The notes under the pieces were generated by a model. That model was given only the letters and a program-made list of their open reading frames with translations. It ran no database searches and was not told the DNA's origin. Position numbers and translations under genes: made by a program. From Marsupella aquatica (lineage: Eukaryota; Plantae; Marchantiophyta), in contig OZ316895.1 in assembly GCA_973895155.1 (NCBI GenBank), forward strand, positions 5,972,687 to 6,036,686: a stretch of DNA of 64,000 nt, in the 5' to 3' direction. Shown here piece by piece: positions 10,701-22,700 of the stretch (its first letter is position 1; the number at the start of each line of letters is the position of its first letter).

Positions 10701-13346
10701 CAGATGATCGGAAGCCTTGGACGAGAGACGCAGACTCCAATATCTAGCTTGAAAACAAACGGTGATTGATTTTATCAGGTGAGAAGATCGAGAGCTCTAG
10801 AGATGGCGATGGCGTGCGGGCGTAGCAGCAGCGCTTGATCAAGGTTTGTCTTCTGCTGCTAGTACTGGTGCGATTCTTTCTACTCTCGGCTTTTCTTGCA
10901 GAAACAACAGCTCGGATCTGAGGGCTATTGGCAGTGACACTGGTGCGCCAGTCCCCGCGGAGCTTATGGGATTGGGAGGTTTTGTTAGTTTCATTCAGTA
11001 GCAGAGTGGCAGGGTTGAAGGTCGTAGCGGAGAGCGGGTAGCGGAGTGGCAAGGTTTAGGGAGCTGTGACCTTCATTTGTTGTAAATGTTGGTAAGATGC
11101 CGTGACTTGATTGGTGTTGTCAAAGTTTCTTTTTACTTAGGTTCCTTCAAAGTTTCAGCAACGCAAATTTTTCTGAAAATGACTGTGACTGTGGGCTACA
11201 GCTGGTGAGGTGGAAGGGATTGCAAACGCGTTACTAATCTACAACCTTGGGCACGCTATCAACATATATCCAATCATCGAGCGCAAAGTCGATTAAACCC
11301 TCACAAGGTAAGACCCACTCATTCCTTTTCTTATAAGCTCTTATTGGGCAAACATCGCTCTCTGCGTACACCTTGCCAGCCAGGCAAGACCCATGATACT
11401 GTTCGACTACCACAGACAGTCCCAAGTGGCCAAGTGGTGCTTCTGAATTTCTGTTGTTGAGTTGCGCCTTCCCAGATGCCGTAGTCACTACTGCTCCTTA
11501 GCGTGCACCTACATAGGTGCTGACCCAATGAAGAGAGGGATTGAGCCTTGGTACTGTACTCCTACACAGTCTGAGCTCGGGTGCCTATTCTTCATTTCCT
11601 GTTGAATGTTCCATTTTTTTAGCGGATTGCTGCTCTGCCCTTTTGCCATGGGTCGTCGGTCTGCCGGATGCTATCAGCAGATTAAGAACAAGTCATATCC
11701 CAAGTCCCGGTGTTGCAGTGGTGTCCCCGACCCTAAGATGCCAGCCAAAATCATCTTTCTTGTTTCCTGCTACTGCTGATGTATGTATGTTCTCCCGTAT
11801 TTTTGCTTACTGATTGGTCTCTCCACACTTCTTGCTTGACATGACTGTTTCGCTCCTCCCTGTATGAGAACATGCCTTGTGCCCCGTGCTCTGGCGGTGG
11901 GGTGGGGGGGGGTAAACAGACAACCTTAAGGTCCACTAAATTTATAGGAACCGTGCAATCGTTCAGCTGATTTTAGCAGCAAGATCCCTTGCTTTCCCCT
12001 GTTTTTGCTAAGATCCCTCCCCACTAATCAATGCATCCTTTACTTTTCTCGGTGGCCCGTGCACCTGCCTTCCTACTTTCGTTCTTATGGACTTTCCTTA
12101 GGTTTTCTTTCACCTGATTTTGGACTTTTTGCTCCAGTGGAATCTGTCTTGACAACTTGTGTTTGTTCTAATTGTTAATATCTCAAGAGGGTCGTCAACT
12201 AAGCTGATAGGAGTCAAAGCTAACTACAAGCTAGCAAATACAGAGAATGCTCCCAAGTCGAGTCAGGAGGAAGTTACTAAAACTAGACCTTCACAACTCT
12301 CGAAACTGGAAAGTGAAATTCAGCCTGAGACATGCAGTTGAAGGCCACAAGGATAACTATATGGCCACACTGTCCCTCATTCAAGTTCAAAGTCCTCTTC
12401 AGATTGTCTGAACTCCTATCTGAACTCCTGAACTGGATGAAGTCCTGTCTGAATGTGAAGTTCAAATTGGCAATCTCAAATGGCAATTTCTGAACTCTTG
12501 TCTGAACTTCATCCACCCTTCTAAATTGGGATTTGTGCTACGTGTATAGACTCCACATTGTTGCTCCTCCCTTTCGGGCCAGCCCTCCTTGTGAAACGTA
12601 GGAGCACGATCATGGCACTTACACATAGTCTGACATTCAAAAAATGCTACTTCTCAGCAGCATGTTTCGAGCAGTTTGCCTGTGTGTTGAGCCTAATTAT
12701 TTGTTTATTGCTTTAGTAACATGCATGGCCAATTGGTTTCTCTTCATGTAAAGGCAAGATTTTGAAACTTACTACTTGAATTGGTGGTTTGAATTTAGTT
12801 AAGTGTTGAGAAATTAGCATTCACACTAACTATTTTTCTTTTGTGATTGAGTTCTCTTTGCTATTGAATGTATTGAATAATTATTTCATCACAGAAATTT
12901 TCAGAACAAACACGGAAGCACCAGGGGGCTGAGGATTGGATATTGAGGCTGAAGACATTGAGGTAATAAACTGGGTGTGGTTCGGGTGACAATGTTAGCA
13001 ACTGATGCTTCTTCAAGGGAACTTCCCATGTGCAGTTTATCCACACATGATTGACTTTGGTTCTTGCTGTTTTGCTTTTGGTGTACTCTTGAGTTTGGTG
13101 TCACTCTATCCTTTCCTGTAGCCTCGAAATAGGACGATTGTGTTTGGCTAAGATGCTAGATTGTGGCTTGTCTTCTTGCTTCCAGCTTGTGTATATTCAA
13201 TTAATAGAAGTTGGGAACGAAGTGATAATTGAATTTCCTTATATTAAGCATCTTGACCTAGAAACTCAATACATAAACTCCAGGAGTCCCTCGGGACATA
13301 AAATGAGCCAAATTGTTTCAAAATTGGGAACCTGCACCCGCACTAC

Positions 13347-13687
13347 TCAAACAAATGTGTTGGGCTTGGTGGCCTTGTAAGTCGTCTTTAGCTTTCGTGA
13401 TGGAGGTTGAATCTTGCGGTACGTCAAGGGGAACTTGATCTTTGAATCATGGAACTGCTTGGTACTTTCTCGCTTGCATAGAGAGACAGGGACTGTCGTA
13501 GTCTTGATGATCTGGATGCAAGGGAACCGAAGTCTATGACAAGAAGTCATATCATCATACATCTGTTCTACAGCTCCGTTCAACGTGGTATCATGATATT
13601 CCTTGTACATGTTGTGATAACCTGTACGACTCTGATACCTCACCCAGATACCGAAGTTCTTAATTGTGGTGGGCTTTTTTCGAAGAT
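13347..13687 (-). pseudogene. RPL18a: Captured terminal exon of 60S ribosomal protein L18a (eL20)
   Basis: [39 protein letters not shown]...IQIIKT...[18 protein letters not shown]...[12 protein letters not shown]. Preceded by an acceptor CAG (13690-13688) and a 1-bp frameshift. No upstream exons recognised. Confidence 0.92.
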
Positions 13688-14227
13688 CTGGTAGACACAT
13701 TATTCAGCATTTGCTAACTTCGAAACTAGAAGGGTAACACATTAAACAACAAAGAAACTCACAACATCCTTCTTTGGTCCTTCAGAGTCTGTACTTTGAT
13801 TATGAATTTTGACTGAGTTTCTGTTTACTGAAAGAATGTGACTGTGTAAGAGTTCCATTTGGCAGTGGATTGGTTGAAAGCACTTCATGCTAGTGTGTTG
13901 TCCATAGCTCTTCAACCAGCTTTCGTCTTCCTTGTCTTTCACCACTTACGATGACATCAATTCAGCTAAGACCATAGAAGGTTCCAAAGCATCTAACTTG
14001 TCAAATCGCATTCTGTTACATCAAGGACTAAGGTGTTGGGTATCAAAGGAGACAGCACAACAAACACGCTGAAAAGACTTCAGGACTGGGTTCAACAAGG
14101 TAGTGAAGGTGCTTACAACCATAGTAAGTATGCATTCTGTATCTTTCTCTGTTGATGCATAATGGGAGTTGTAGTTGGCAAGAGTTCCATAGGGCCAAAT
14201 ATGAACAGATCCAGAAGTATGTGTATG

Positions 14228-14266
14228 AACCAAGTGTAGAGTTGACTCTTTCTGAATATTGTAGTC
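14228..14266 (-). pseudogene. Ubiquitin C-terminal fragment
   Basis: Exact DYNIQKESTLHLV, plus a nearby degenerate TLANYN. Confidence 0.75.
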
Positions 14267-14779
14267 TCTTTCTGAATGTACAGTTTGGTAGGGCCAACGC
14301 CATGTGATCATGTACTTGCTCTATAAAGTTATGAAGATATAAGCATTTTCTGTTAGACCATGCAACTTGGGAGTTGGTAAGTGTCACCTGCATCTGAGGG
14401 GCTACACCGGGGGCATCAGTGGAGGTTCACTTGCACAACACGACAGCCAATGAATTTTCTCTCTGGTGCAACCTGCAAGGTGAGACTTTTGGTCTTTCTT
14501 GATGAAAAAACAGGATCTTAATATGATTGATATACATGTCCGTCGAGATCATGGGTTTATCACCAAGCTCTTTGTCTTAGGAAACTCATAAACTCATAAT
14601 CAAATATGTACTATGCACGTTTCATGCTATGTGTATACTATGACCTGTAGTTGGAACCAAGACAGTGAATGGGAACTGATTAGTTTAGGTTGGTCGCTGT
14701 TGGCGAGGCAAGTCGACCTCCTGCTCGCCTTGCTCATCAAAGGACGTGAACAGAGGACATCACAACAAAAGCAACACTT

Positions 14780-15687
14780 ATGGTGAGGACCCGCAACGCT
14801 GAACATGTGCGGCTTGCACGCAAGGCAGAGATGTTGCACCTTGAGTATGTCAGACTTGGGATCCTTCCAGCCCAGTCTGCATGGTACTTTGAGTACCCTG
14901 TTGTTTCCAGGAATAACTACAGCCGGCCTCTACCTGCTTCAGTACCCTTCCCGACATCCTTGGTATTTGTGTCTCTTGTACATGACCCGCCACAGGGGTA
15001 CACAACATCATCACTTATCAGTGGCTGATAACTGATATCAGTTATCTAAAAAAATTTAGAATCTCAGTTGAGAAGTTGAGATGGGGCCTTCAAACTTCAG
15101 CTCATCTCAATTGGGCAACTGAGGTTGATTCAATCTCGGCTGACCTCGCCGAGATGGGCGTACGGACCGAAAAAAAATCCCAAAAAAAAAAACCAAAAAT
15201 TTTCCCAAAAAAAAAATTTGAAAAGAAAAATTCCGGAATTTTTTTTCCCATCTCGGCTGGGCTCACCGAGATATGTGTCCGTACGGTACGGAAGCCTCAT
15301 GGCAAAAAAAATTTTCCTTCAAATTTTGAAGAAAAATTCAAGAATTTTTTTCTTCATTATTTTTTTTTTTCGCATCGCAACTTGGCGGCTGATATTAGGT
15401 ACACTAATGAAAGTGACTGATAACTGATGAGATTACTTATCTCCCCGCCACAAATTAGGTGCCAAGGGTGTGTGCACAGTTGCCAATATGACTGTCTTGC
15501 CTGTAGAGCTTTTGGCTCAAAATTGGATGACCGTTCTCTTGGATGCCGATTTTTGCACAGAGCACAATGTATCATCTGGAACCACTCGCCATCCTGCAGT
15601 GTGCCTGGTGATGTTACTTGTCCTGCCCTCCCAGACCCCACCACCGGTGACTTTGGTGTCTACACATATTTGGATCACATGCTCTAG
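14780..15687 (+). pseudogene. Small Cys-rich ORF (~160 aa) split by a ~420-bp insertion
   Basis: ORFs 14780-15028 and 15427-15687 join in frame (...YTTSSLI-SPPQIRCQGCVHSCQYDCLAC...) once the insert between the duplicated ACTTATC is removed. Confidence 0.55.
15019..15432. mobile_element. Non-autonomous DNA-transposon-like insertion (hAT-like CAGTG left end, defective right end)
   Basis: Flanked by TCACTTAT / TTACTTAT (7/8 match). Contains repeated CTGATAACTGA and TCTCGGC/CCGAGA motifs and A/T tracts. Confidence 0.65.
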
Positions 15688-16456
15688 AGGACCACTTGTC
15701 ACACCGCATGCATAGACCAGATACCATTGACCTATAGCTTAACACTCTGACTTCAACACAGAGGATATTTACTTAAAATTTTGATGTATGAGCAATTTTG
15801 GGTCCAGGGTTTAGGGTCAACAGTACATAACTTATCCTATTAAGCTTGCACTAAGTAAAATATCCTAATTTAAGAGGCTAGCAAACTCGCTTAAAAGTCT
15901 CTATTGAAAGACAGCTTTCATGACTGCTTTAACCTGGTGAACATTGCAACGTTCAATGAATTAATGGGCCATGTGATAACCTGTAAAATGTGATTTATGC
16001 CTCACTTATTGTCTCAGCCACTATCATAGCCTATTTAGGATGTATACATTTCAACTCTTATGACACTGCTTCATACCAATCCTCTTTGAAGAATGATTGT
16101 TTTACATGTCACGACTATTGTATGTGATTCAAATGCATGAAATGTTGTTGCAGATCTCATTTGGTGAATCATAGCCACAATTAAAATTGAGGTGTTGGTG
16201 GAGCAATTGTATTAGGGAATCAGTTTTGTGTGTTGGCTCAACATACCAAAAGTATGTTTGCTCTGCATCCTTGTGTGGCCATTCCAATTGATTGCAGTAG
16301 CAAATGCCTTTGTACCTTAAATGCTAAATATATTTTACTTTCTGTGCAGTTTGCTAAATTGTAGAGTCTATCTAAATACCTTTGTACCTTAAATGCTAAA
16401 TATATATATTACTTTCTGTGCAGTCTGCTAAATCGTAGAGTCTATCTCATGTGCAG

Positions 16457-17137
16457 GCATGGCACGACCTAAAATTCAAGCCAAAAAGTGTGTGACAGAG
16501 GTGAGGAACACAAGTGTACTTGGGGCAGATGCTACTAACTTCTCTGCAAGTCAGATTTTCCAGAAGGCAGCTCATTGTTGTGCCATTTGTGACGATGGTG
16601 GGGGCCTGGTCATTTGTGAGGGCCCTTGCATGAGGCATTTCCACCTCAACCTGGAGTCTGACCTTGCTGCAGAAAACAATTGTCCAGGGGTGGGCCTCCC
16701 GTCAACACACCAGGGAGACTGGATGTGCACTGATTGTTTGGAGAAGCAGGCTAAGTGTGCACAGTGTGGAAAGTTGGGGTCCTATGAGGGCTTTGTTGAT
16801 GCCCCAACAATTGTTAGGAAATGTCCAGACCGTTTTTGTGTGAGATTTTTCTGTTTTGAGTGTTTGCCTTCTCATGCCACAGCTTGCCCACTTCATAGGT
16901 GCAAGGCATGTGGTGAGCATGATCATGAGTACTGGACTGACATAGTCCACTGTGCTAGGTGTCCCACCATGTGGCACTATCATTGCCTGAAAGATTGTCA
17001 AGCAGAGGGTTATGCTTGTGACAGAAATCTATGATCACTCTGCACATGGTGTTGATCGATGGATATTTTATTGTCATCGCCATGCCATTGATCCTACCTC
17101 GCGCACTCCTATGAGAGATCACATATCTTGGCTGTGA
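16457..17137 (+). pseudogene. EDM2-like composite PHD-finger module (one frameshift near 17008)
   Basis: CAICDDGGGLVICEGPCMRHFH...C.GVG...WMCTDC...CAQCGKLGS...CPLHRCKAC...CARCPTMWHYHCL, then in the shifted frame WIFYCHRHAIDPTSRTPMRDHISW. Collinear with the EDM2 PHD region and its IYC.HEID...TP.RDH tail. Acceptor TGTGCAG ends at 16456. Confidence 0.85.
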
Positions 17138-17794
17138 AGCTGAACATTGTACATGCATAGTGCACCTGATGTGGATGTACAATTTTTTGAGATTGAAGAG
17201 ATTCCAATTTTGAAAAGGAGTTGGGTAGGCGAGTTTATATAGGCAGCACTTATCTTGTGCTCTGGCGTCAGTGGCTGGGTACATGCCTATAAAAACTTAT
17301 CCTTACAAGCCTTCTTGGAAGTATTTAGGTTGAGTGGTCATTTTCATAAACACTTTCATCAGACTGCTAAATTAAAATAGGACTTCTAAGTTGTAAGCGT
17401 ATAAATTATCAGGCATGCAATTAATCAAATTGCCCTATAAGTTTGTCATTGAACGTATCCTCCTTTACAACAAAATATGTATGTGCCATGACAAGTTGGT
17501 TGCACTTCATTTCACCTTCGATATGGATTTTGTAGTATATATTCAAACAATGTCCTGCATCCGTGCAGGTGCCTAGTACGTATTGTTCACATATCCCTTG
17601 TACCTATCAAAATTTGACCTGAGCACCAGTGGGCCAGATCAACTCAAAAAGCAGGAATTTTGTTGTCCTTGTATTGTCAGGTGAACCCATTCTTCCAAAA
17701 TTCACTATCATCACGTAGGGTGTGTGTACATGGAGCCTGGGAAACGTAGAAAGTGTGACCACCCAACAGTGTTTATAGGGGTCAGAGCCATTTA

Positions 17795-18761
17795 CGGTAC
17801 ATGAAGCTGCTCAAAGGTCACGTGAGAACATATTACAAACCTGAAGCAAGCATGGCTAAAGGTTACATCAAGGATGAGACTCTGGGATTTATGACCGAAT
17901 ACATAGCACAATATGAGCATGTGAAGACCAGGGTGTGGAATTCTGATGAGGAGGAAGGGGTGATAGGTGAAGTACTGGAAGGGGCTGCAACCACAAAGAA
18001 CCTGACCACATCTATGAGGGACTTGGCACATGACTTTGTATTGCACAACACTGTGGTGATGGAACCCTGGATACAATGAGTACATACATGTGCTATAATC
18101 CAGTTCATGAGCTGAAATGTTGTGTGTGTGATTTTCTCCTTCAGCCTGTTCATATTTACCCAAGCTAATGCTGTGTGGTTGTTTGTTTAGGGAGTATGAG
18201 TCATTGAAGGCGGCCCATCCCACTGTAGGAACAACTTTTCCAGGTTTCATGGAGTGGATTAGAGTGGCAATTAGAGAGCATCACGAGACCCACCCAGACA
18301 TGGATGCAGACGTTTACCTACTGTCTAATGCCCCTAGCCTGAAAGTGAAGACTTACAAATGGATGAGAGCATATGGGAATCACTTTCGAGTGAAGGATGG
18401 TGATAGTGCCTATAGGGTGACAAATGACTGTGGGCTCATCACTGTATTTGAGCAACAGAGCCACAATCACGACAGGGCCTGGATGGAGATGGGATATGTG
18501 GGAGAATTAGTTGATATATGGGCTCTGGACTATGGGGCGGTGTCCAAACCTGTGATTCTTATGAAAGGTTCATGGGTGCGGCAGGATTGGCTTGGTAATA
18601 GGGCTACCATGAAGAGAGACAATGACGGTTTCTTGCTGGCCAATTTCAGAGGGAAATTGCTCGAATGGTCTGAGCCATTTGTGTTTCCCAGTCAGGTAGA
18701 GCAAGCTTTCTTCTTGGATGTGGAACACTCCCCAGGTTGGCGTGTAGTGTATCATAAATAG
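17795..18761 (+). pseudogene. CACTA transposase TnpD/TNP2 C-terminal half (DUF4218/DUF4216-like); catalytic N-terminal part absent
   Basis: MKLLKGHVR...PEASMAKGYIKDETLGF, YKWMRAYGNHFRV, GYVGELVDIWALDYG and EPFVFPSQVEQAFF...GWRVV. Intron at ~18080-18190. Confidence 0.9.
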
Positions 18762-19747
18762 GCCAGGCAACGTCGGATGGAAGGATCAAACCTTGAGTTT
18801 CATTTACACTCTCATAGTGCCTTTGATCGTCGGCGTTCAGACCAAGTGCCTGTAGTTCATGATAGCGGGGACTTCATTGACAAGGGTAGATGCATTTGCT
18901 GAAGGAGGCGAATTCAGAGATGCAGATACCAATAGTGTGCCTGTGCCATGAGTAATGTGAATTGTTTGCATGGACAATAGTGAGGGGATGTGTAATAAAG
19001 TAATTCTGAAGCAACACAGATATATGGATGGATGCCTGGTGATTGTGGTTGCATTGTATTATACGGGGTGACCATAGATGACATGTTTTTGTGGTCCAGT
19101 AGGATGGAACAGAGTGACACAGAGATGTGTGAGTATGAAAGGAAAGCTATGGAACAACGAGCATATGTGAAAGCCAAAATTGCAGAACTGGATCTGGAAA
19201 AGGATGTGGCTGAATTGTAAGGGAACAATTCTCAACTACACCCCTCCGCTGAGTTTGTGTGACATGAATAGTTCAATGTGGCACTGAAATTGTGACTGTA
19301 TTCTCATATTGGAATGTCGTAGAGCAGCAGGTTTTTCAAAGAAACAAAAGGAGTACGCAAGAAGGGTGACCATCACGATATCTGGGCGTGTGCGTCGAAG
19401 TGACAGGTTGAGCAAGAAGGTCGTACCTACAATGGCAGAATGTGGAGATGACATGGATGCTACGCAAGTGGGTGCAGACACTAGACAAGAAGATACAGAT
19501 GATGAGTATTTTCCAGAGGAAATGGATGAGGATGGGGGTTATGAAGATGAATAAATTGCAGAGCAGCCCCAAAAGAAACAGGTAAGTAGTTTTCCCAACA
19601 AGCTAGGTTTAGAGTTAAAAACTCTTGTTGAGAGGTTTCATATGTTCAGTACTACACCCTATGTACCTTGCTTAGTTCCTGACATTGTAGTTGGTGATGT
19701 GATGCAGCGTCCTACCAGTTCTATTTTGCCTGCAAAGCCTGTGCATG

Positions 19748-22700
19748 TGTGATGCCTAGCCAGGAATCACTGGGCTAGTTTAAGGGGAAAAGGGAAGTGT
19801 ACCCTAGAAACACCTTAGTATAGTTACATAAATAAGGAAAATATAAACAATTAAGGGTGACTATGGAACCCGAGCCGAGGCCGGAAGTAAGGACGCCAGG
19901 GGAGAGAATACGATTAGGGTTAGGGCACGCTAAGTGCCGGCGGCTAGGGGTAACCAACGGGAGGGAGAACCTTAGGAGGAGAGGGGTAAGGACCGCTCGC
20001 GAGGAGTAGTGGCTCATTTTCAAGCACGAACTGGGTAGGCGACTACGGGCGGCCAACTACTGTCAACTGCTTAGGCAAGCGCTCAGGGTGGGAACAGATA
20101 CCGACTATCAACTCGAGAAGGGTATGAGCAACGTCAATCAAGCGGCACATTTTTGGGGATGCCTGTTCGAACGGGCAACTGAGTACATTGGGACTTACGA
20201 GGACGAAGAATCGGAGAGAGCAGCTCAAGAACGGCAGGAGCTCGCCCGATTGTGGGAGCTGCAGAAAGCTGCTTTCTTAGGAGGAGAACTCATCAAGGCT
20301 GAATTCCTGTGGACGCCTACTGGCAACGAGCTAGACGACCTGCTGTTTTGCGAAGATAGAGTCATCGGCATCCGAGAAGCCATCAAACACTGCAATGACA
20401 TACACTGGGAGTTGAAGGGTAGCACGGAGGGGTGGACAAAGGCAACTGTGCTAGGAGAGACATCCACGGGAGCCAAGATGAAGAGGAAGGGGAACAACAA
20501 CGAAGAGGCCACCCCGGCAAAAAGAACGAGGTCGGCGGCACCAAAGAAGCCAGCAGAACAGCAAAGCAGGAGGCAGAGAGAAGCCGAGGAGGAGGAGGTC
20601 GACCCCATCAATGCCATTCCAACAAATGATGACACCTGGAAAGGCTGGGCGGCGACCCTACCGGAGGAAGTGCAATTACACTTTGCACGGGAGGAGGATG
20701 CATGCTTTACAGCTATGCAGACCAAGAAGTACCAAGGCCTCATGGCCGGATCCGGCTTGGAAGCCTTCGTAAGATTACCATGGCTGAAGCCGGAGGTGCC
20801 GGACTCAGACTTGTTAGAATTCGTGGGATCATGGGAGTCCGAGACCAATTCCACAAGGGTGTATGGGAAGGATTTCTATCTCACTCCCCGGGTGATTGCT
20901 GAAGTGTTTGGCTTGCCGATGGGTAATAAGACCAAGGTTGATACCAGGAAGACCTTACCTGACAAGGAGTTTCGGTCATTCCCAGGACCATCAACAAAGA
21001 ATGGCTTCTTCCGGAACACCTGCACCAACCCGCACATCGGAGAGATGATCGATTTCTTGCGGGTAACCATGCACTGTAACTTGCCGAGGGCAGAGATCGG
21101 CAAGGCTCAGGTCTACCTGGCAGAAAGGCCAGACCCAAGCCGGGATTACAACGGGTACCTCCTCAACCAACTGAAGAAGATCTTGAAGGAGGAACAGCAG
21201 GTGATCGGCGTGGGAAGCGTGTCCCGGCTTGGCTATCACATGCCGCTGTTGTGCCGGTATGCCAGAAGTCAAATCTTTGCCCCAGTACTTCCTCTATCGG
21301 CAAGAGCACCGGAGGAGGTCCCGGAGCAGAGGCCGGCAACGGAGAAACCCAACCCGCCCGACAGTCCTACAATCGAGCAGGTGTTTAGGCCAAGGACGGA
21401 GGACTTGCCGATGCAGCAACCAAGCATGCAAAATCTGCTGAAATTGCTGGAGAAGGAAAAGAGAACGGCAACGGCAACGGCACCAATGCAGGACATTGCT
21501 CCAGAGGTGGGCCTAAGCCGGCTTACAAGGGAAAACCCCTTTACTAGGGTCAAGGAGAGAAGGAGGCCGGAACACGAGCCGAGAGTCCGGATGTATGTCA
21601 GAGCCTCAAGTCCCGAAGCCGAGGAGAAGCAGGCCGTAGCTCCCGGCCACGACAAGGAGAACAAGAGGTCAACAAGGAAGCCGGAGGAGGAACCAAGACC
21701 GGTGAGAGGTGAAGCCGTGTTCACAACAAAACCAAGAGAACAACGGGAGAAGCTGGTAGTCCAAGCCGAGGAGGAGGCGGTAGAGGACTACAGCAATGAT
21801 GACTCCGGCTACAGGTCGGATCATCATGTTCCAGGAGTAAGGACCTGTGGCCGGTTCATCCCCACGCTCCCAAGAGTAGTTCGAGGAGACCCGAGCCAGC
21901 AGAGCAGCCCCGAGTCTCCCCCACCAGATGTCGCTCCCTCGAGCTTTGACGGCATAAAACAAACGGCGCAGGAATTTCAGGAGCGAATCAGGGAGGAAGA
22001 GGAGGCAGCCCTGGCTAGGGAAAAGGATTTACCAGGAGGAGAATGGCCAAAGGACATCAAGCGGCTTGCAGAAAAATGAAGCATCCCTCCAGCCACAATA
22101 GAAGAGATCCGCAAGGCAGCTTGGGAGCACAGGCCGCGGTGGATGATGCCGATGACTTCTACTTCCTCCACCTATGCTAAAAATAGAGCCATGGAGTACG
22201 GGGAAATGTGTGGAGAGCTGGCGCTCAGCATCTTTGGGGAGGAGTTGGAGCAAGGACCCTTTTTTCAGAGGGAGATGTTGGAGAAGCGCCAATTAGAAGA
22301 AGCGGTGGCTTTGGAAAGAAGCAAGAAGGATGAGGTCATCCGTCGGCTTAGGGCAAGGGAAGCCGAAATCAAAGACCTGAGGGCGACCAAGAAAGCCCAA
22401 GATGAGCTGCGGATTAAGCGGCATGAGCTAAATATCATGCAGGGCCAATTGGATACCGCACAGTCTGATAATCAGATTATCGAGAATAAATTGACTCGAA
22501 CCCAAGAAGAGTTGGCCGATGCGATCAAGGAGCGGGAGAAGTGGAAGCGAGAGCTGAGGGATGCAGAGGAGGCCCACATAACAGCCAACAACCAGGCCAG
22601 GGCGGAGACCCAGAGAAGGGAAAGGGCATTGAAGGGGGAGCTCGAGGTTATCCGCGGAGCCCTTGAGAAGAAGGAGGCCGAGTTAGGGAAATCCTATCAA

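Noticed and set aside
19698-19705. TGTGATGC as the start of another LTR
   Set aside because: No matching TSD. It lies in the host CACTA exon, and LTR B's start is better explained at 24619.
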